Source of the DNA: a virus
Taxonomy: Duplodnaviria; Caudoviricetes
Strand: one strand, 5' to 3'
IMG/VR virus record: IMGVR_UViG_3300028832_000139
Span: 3,419 to 67,418 of that record
DNA: 64,000 nt
The notes below the pieces were generated by a model that worked only from the letters and a program-made list of their open reading frames with translations, made no database searches and was not told the origin of the DNA. A program made the position numbers and the translations under genes. Shown in pieces: positions 60,595 to 64,000 of the stretch (position 1 is its first letter; each line of letters starts with the position of its first letter).

Positions 60595-60776
60595 TGGTGG
60601 TGGCGAGAGGACTTGAACCTCTCTCTAACCCTAAAGGCTGCTGCTTAATGAAACCATAAACTTAACCATAATTATTACTATAAACAAATACGAAAAATTA
60701 CCAATATGAAACTAAAAAATATCAATGCCTTATCGGGTTATATCCGTGATAGAATGTCGCTACAACTATCGCCACC
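60595..60776 (-). ncRNA. tRNA-like element with long AT-rich insert and encoded CCA
   Basis: GGTGGCG...AGAGG-TTCAAGT-CCTCT-CGCCACC-A-CCA. Confidence 0.5.
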
Positions 60777-60836
60777 TTTTGCACTTCCACGTTTCACAAC
60801 GGAGAGAGTGCTAAAAACCTATTATTAACTAAAAAC

Positions 60837-61109
60837 CTATGATTTATGAGACAAAAAATTAAATTCCTGAATAAGTAGGTCTGCATCGAAGAACAACTTT
60901 GCCTGTTTACCAGTACCTCTTTTTATATGCGTGAAGTTGCCCTTGATCCTGCGCAATCTGTCTGGAGTAATGCCTAACCTTTTGGCTGCTTCGACACAAG
61001 GTATAAGCCGTCTTTCTGTTGCGCCATCATTGCGTAACATTTTAGCCAGTATCTTAGCGGTTTTTTGTGCTAAGAGGTTTAGCGTTTTATCATCCAGTTC
61101 TATTGTCAT
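60837..61109 (-). CDS. Excisionase-like HTH protein
   Basis: CVEAAKRLGITPDRLRR winged-HTH pattern. Confidence 0.65.
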   Translation of the reverse strand: MTIELDDKTLNLLAQKTAKILAKMLRNDGATERRLIPCVEAAKRLGITPDRLRRIKGNFTHIKRGTGKQAKLFFDADLLIQEFNFLSHKS

Positions 61110-61240
61110 TTGCTGACTGATTTATAGTGCTTAACAAGTATAGAGCATATAGTCATATAACTATCTCTTTTCTCTGTGTCTGCGACCATCGTTTCTACGA
61201 GGTCAACCAAAGCGTCTGCGATAATTATTTTTTCTTCCAT
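61106..61240 (-). CDS. Small hypothetical protein (44 aa)
   Basis: Manually read MEEKIIIADALVDLVETM..., ATGA-coupled to the next gene. Confidence 0.5.
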   Translation of the reverse strand: MEEKIIIADALVDLVETMVADTEKRDSYMTICSILVKHYKSVSK

Positions 61241-61243
61241 ACC

Positions 61244-61480
61244 TTATTTATTTTTGCGGTTTACATCTTCTGGGTTGACTACCTCAATAGTAATGGTGTT
61301 TGTACTCTTATCAACAGAAGTAGTGTAAGTAAGTCCATCAGTTCGTGGGTATCTTACCTTTACTCTTGTAACAAGGTTTTTTGCACTCTCAACGGCAGCG
61401 TAATCAGGCAAAGTTGCCACCAACTTGCCGTAAGCACCGATGTTTCTAATGTCATTTGTTCCAACTTTACTTGTAATCAT
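61244..61480 (-). CDS. First gene of the lytic operon (Cro-position DNA-binding protein)
   Basis: Divergent from the CI-like gene. Confidence 0.5.
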   Translation of the reverse strand: MITSKVGTNDIRNIGAYGKLVATLPDYAAVESAKNLVTRVKVRYPRTDGLTYTTSVDKSTNTITIEVVNPEDVNRKNK

Positions 61481-61524
61481 CTTGATTTATGAACCTTTAA
61501 TTTTACTTAAATATGCAACCAAAA

Positions 61525-61646
61525 AGTAGGAACTTTCACGATAATTACTTATATTTGCGCTGTGAACTGCCTTCTACTAAGTTTTACTTATGTGGAAGTC
61601 CTACTTGTTGTTGTCTTGTTGTTTTATCAACTTGATTGCAAATTTA
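61525..61646. promoter_or_regulatory. Immunity region: face-to-face promoter elements and a leader hairpin
   Basis: TATATTTG (+, 61550) and CAAATTTA (-, 61639); inverted repeat 61525-61539 / 61592-61605. Confidence 0.5.
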
Positions 61647-61727
61647 CGGAAATACCATCAAATACGCAAATATTTCGATGGTTTCTTAACATCATTTTGA
61701 ATATATTTACATCAATTTAGAGGAATT

Positions 61728-62375
61728 ATGTACAAAACCGATTATGAAGAGGCTCAACTGCGAGAACGCATCCTTAATTTGATACATCAAGAGGGCATTA
61801 CCCAAAGGGCTTTTGCCATAGCAATAAACCGCCAGCCTAATAATGTTTACCAAACATTGACAGGCGAGCGACACTTTCCGAGAGGCTTTTGTAGTGATAT
61901 TCTCACAGCCTTTCCAAAAGTAAACAGGGATTGGCTTGTATTTGGGGATGGCACAATGTATGGAAATGAAATAAAGAACGATGTACCAAAAGAAACAAAA
62001 CCTCGTCTGCCAAAATCTATTTCAGGCGGACATCTTGAAGATTACTATAATGGTGAAAAGCGTTCTTTATGTACCGAGAAACCTATCATTACGCAATTCC
62101 CAGATTATGACTTCTCTCTCTTAGTAAAAAATAATAGAATGTCTCCAAAGTATGAGAGAGGCGATGAATTATACCTAAAGAAAAGTACCATTATCGAATG
62201 GGGTAACGATTATCTCCTTGATACTCCAGAGGGATGCAAGTTTAAGAAGATTTTTGATAACGGCAATAGCGTAAAATGTGTTTCCTATAATAAAGAGGAA
62301 TACCCAGAGTTTTCCGTACCTAAGAATTTAATACTTGGCTACTACAGACTGGTAGGTGTTATAAGAATATTGTAA
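61728..62375 (+). CDS. CI-like repressor (XRE HTH plus S24-like domain)
   Basis: ITQRAFAIAINRQPNNVYQTLTGER; S24-like C-terminus. Confidence 0.85.
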   Translation: MYKTDYEEAQLRERILNLIHQEGITQRAFAIAINRQPNNVYQTLTGERHFPRGFCSDILTAFPKVNRDWLVFGDGTMYGNEIKNDVPKETKPRLPKSISGGHLEDYYNGEKRSLCTEKPIITQFPDYDFSLLVKNNRMSPKYERGDELYLKKSTIIEWGNDYLLDTPEGCKFKKIFDNGNSVKCVSYNKEEYPEFSVPKNLILGYYRLVGVIRIL

Positions 62376-62377
62376 TT

Positions 62378-62722
62378 ATGAAGAAAAATGAGTTTCCAAA
62401 AAAGGAAAGAGTAATAGACAGGCTGCTTGCCTTTGTTGAATGGGCGAAAAAAGGAAAGTTGGTTAAGTCAAGAATGGAGTTTGAAAAGAACTGCGGACTA
62501 TCAACGAACTATCTGTACAACACCCAATTTATGACTAAAAGCAGTATCGGTGTGGATCAGATTGCAAAGATACACGCTGGCTACCCTATGCTTAATCTAA
62601 CGTGGGTTGTTACTGGTAAAGGCTCTATGCTTGCTTTGCAGCCAGACGAGGGTTACAAAGAGGCTTATGAGAACTTGCGGAAAGAAGTGGATAAACTAAA
62701 AAAACTGATAGAGAACATATAG
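62378..62722 (+). CDS. HTH-like regulator
   Basis: FEKNCGLSTNYL...YPMLNLTWVVTGKGSM. Confidence 0.65.
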   Translation: MKKNEFPKKERVIDRLLAFVEWAKKGKLVKSRMEFEKNCGLSTNYLYNTQFMTKSSIGVDQIAKIHAGYPMLNLTWVVTGKGSMLALQPDEGYKEAYENLRKEVDKLKKLIENI

Positions 62723-62727
62723 AAGTA

Positions 62728-63011
62728 TTTACCATTTGTTTACCAAAACGCAAATTTTGAGCGTAAAAGCCTGATAGTCAATAAAGGTACATATACTCTG
62801 CGGGTGTACAAAATGGCAGGATGGTGTAAACGCTGTCCTGCCTTTGTATAAGGCAGTTTGAGGGCTACAAAGCCGATTTTTACAGGATTTGCAAGGGTTT
62901 TGCTTATTCTACTCTCATAAGGTTTTATAAGGTATCTATTAGTTTATATAAACAATATAGAATTACCATATATTTACCAAATACTATAAGATTTACCATT
63001 AAGATTTACCA
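62728..63011 (+). other. attP-like site
   Basis: (T/A)TTACCA direct repeats at 62728, 62739 and 62962, 62973, 62992, 63005 flank a tRNA-3'-end-like core CTGCGGGTGTACA (62798-62810) and a terminator (62815-62845). Confidence 0.65.
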
Positions 63012-63024
63012 AATAGCATTTATT

Positions 63025-64000
63025 ATGTTGCTACCTACAATAAAATACGTATTCGATAGGCATAAACGAGAGGCTGCAAGCGGTACTGGAACTATTGAGC
63101 TTCGCATATCGTATAACAATAAACATAAGTATATCTCTACTGGCATTAAAGTGCCTAAAAGCCGATGGGATGAAAAGAACCAGGCTGTAAGCGGTATCTT
63201 GGAGGCAAAAGATTACAATATCATTCTTTCAAGGTTACGCACAAAGGTTATGGAGATATTGCAGACGATGGATAAGTCTGGCTGTTATGATCTCGATGCG
63301 ATACCCTCTATGCTCAAATCGAATAGTCAGGATATTACTTTCTTAGAATATATCGAACTGCGGATAGAGCGTGAAAAAGGTGTTAAGACTGCGAACACTA
63401 TAAAGAATCATCAAGTATTTCTCCGTAAGATGCAGTCGTGGGGATATATTAAGAATTTTAGCGATATTACCTATGCTAATATTCAAAAGATGAACGAGTG
63501 GCTGCATCTACGAAAACTGAAAGATGAAACGATATATGGCTATAATAAGTTTCTGCGCCTGTTCATCAATAATGCTATTGCCGATGGGTTGTTAAAAGAA
63601 AATCCCTACTCTACCAAACAGATAAAGTTAAAACACGGAGAGCCTAATGCCGACAGTTACATCACGGAAAAAGAGTTGTTGAGGCTGAAAGAGGTTAAAC
63701 TCACAGGTTCCCTTGGTAGGGTGCGTGACGTGTTCGTGTTCCAATGTCTTACTGGTATGGCTTACGCTGACTTGTCGGAGTTCAATGCGAAAAAGGTTAA
63801 GGAGATAGAGGGATATAAGGTCTATTCAGGAAAGCGAGGAAAGACAGGTATTCCGTTCTTCTGCGTTCTCTTTAATGATGCAATGGAGATACTTGCTAAG
63901 TATAATAATAAACTGCCTGTCATCAGTAATCAGCAATACAATTTGAGGTTAAAGGTTGTTGCCGATGTTGCGGGTATAGATAAAAAACTCACTACCCATT
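63025..64000 (+). CDS. int: Tyrosine integrase (3' end runs off window)
   Basis: Arm-binding N-terminus, SAM-like domain, RDVFVFQCLTGMAYADL, ends ...KKLTTH. Confidence 0.92.
   Translation, partial: MLLPTIKYVFDRHKREAASGTGTIELRISYNNKHKYISTGIKVPKSRWDEKNQAVSGILEAKDYNIILSRLRTKVMEILQTMDKSGCYDLDAIPSMLKSNSQDITFLEYIELRIEREKGVKTANTIKNHQVFLRKMQSWGYIKNFSDITYANIQKMNEWLHLRKLKDETIYGYNKFLRLFINNAIADGLLKENPYSTKQIKLKHGEPNADSYITEKELLRLKEVKLTGSLGRVRDVFVFQCLTGMAYADLSEFNAKKVKEIEGYKVYSGKRGKTGIPFFCVLFNDAMEILAKYNNKLPVISNQQYNLRLKVVADVAGIDKKLTTH

Larger units (their letters stand above)
1..64000. mobile_element. Temperate siphovirus-like Bacteroidales phage (partial genome, both ends run off the window)
   Basis: Terminase, portal, capsid, tail tube, tape measure, lysis, CI-like repressor and tyrosine integrase are all present. 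No sheath gene and no host housekeeping genes seen. Confidence 0.95.

Noticed and set aside
60595-60776. tmRNA
   Set aside because: No G3:U70 pair, too short, and no tag ORF.
1-64000. Genome-wide TAG-to-Gln recoding (code 15), prompted by the amber at 14489
   Set aside because: ORFs of 5.6 kb contain no in-frame TAG, and several genes end in TAG immediately before the next start (6954, 11679, 13340).

Overview
The whole window is one temperate, siphovirus-like tailed phage of a Bacteroidales (Prevotella/Bacteroides-like) host. The host is inferred from TAnnTTTG/TTTG sigma-A promoters, AT-rich start regions without Shine-Dalgarno sites, and Bacteroidota-type gene families. No host housekeeping genes are seen, and an intact attP-like site beside the integrase suggests the excised or virion form. 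Layout: leftward anti-defence-like arm (1-4.5 kb); non-coding junction with a tRNA-like RNA; SF3 helicase plus misplaced morphogenesis genes (6.6-14.6 kb); portal and terminase on the minus strand; head and tail operon (18.2-26.1 kb); Cys-rich 9-gene cassette of unknown function (26.3-29.7 kb); tape measure, tail and lysis genes (30.7-46.8 kb); leftward early, replication and recombination operon (46.9-61.5 kb); repressor, attP and integrase. The strongest novel signal is a candidate virion (phospho)glycosylation system. Four structural proteins (capsid, head-tail adaptor, tail tube, distal tail) carry a shared poly-Ser SSSS(E/D) tag, and a DUF4422-GT2 glycosyltransferase plus a Stealth sugar-1-phosphate transferase sit inside the tail operon. 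Family assignments come from motif recognition by eye, not database searches.
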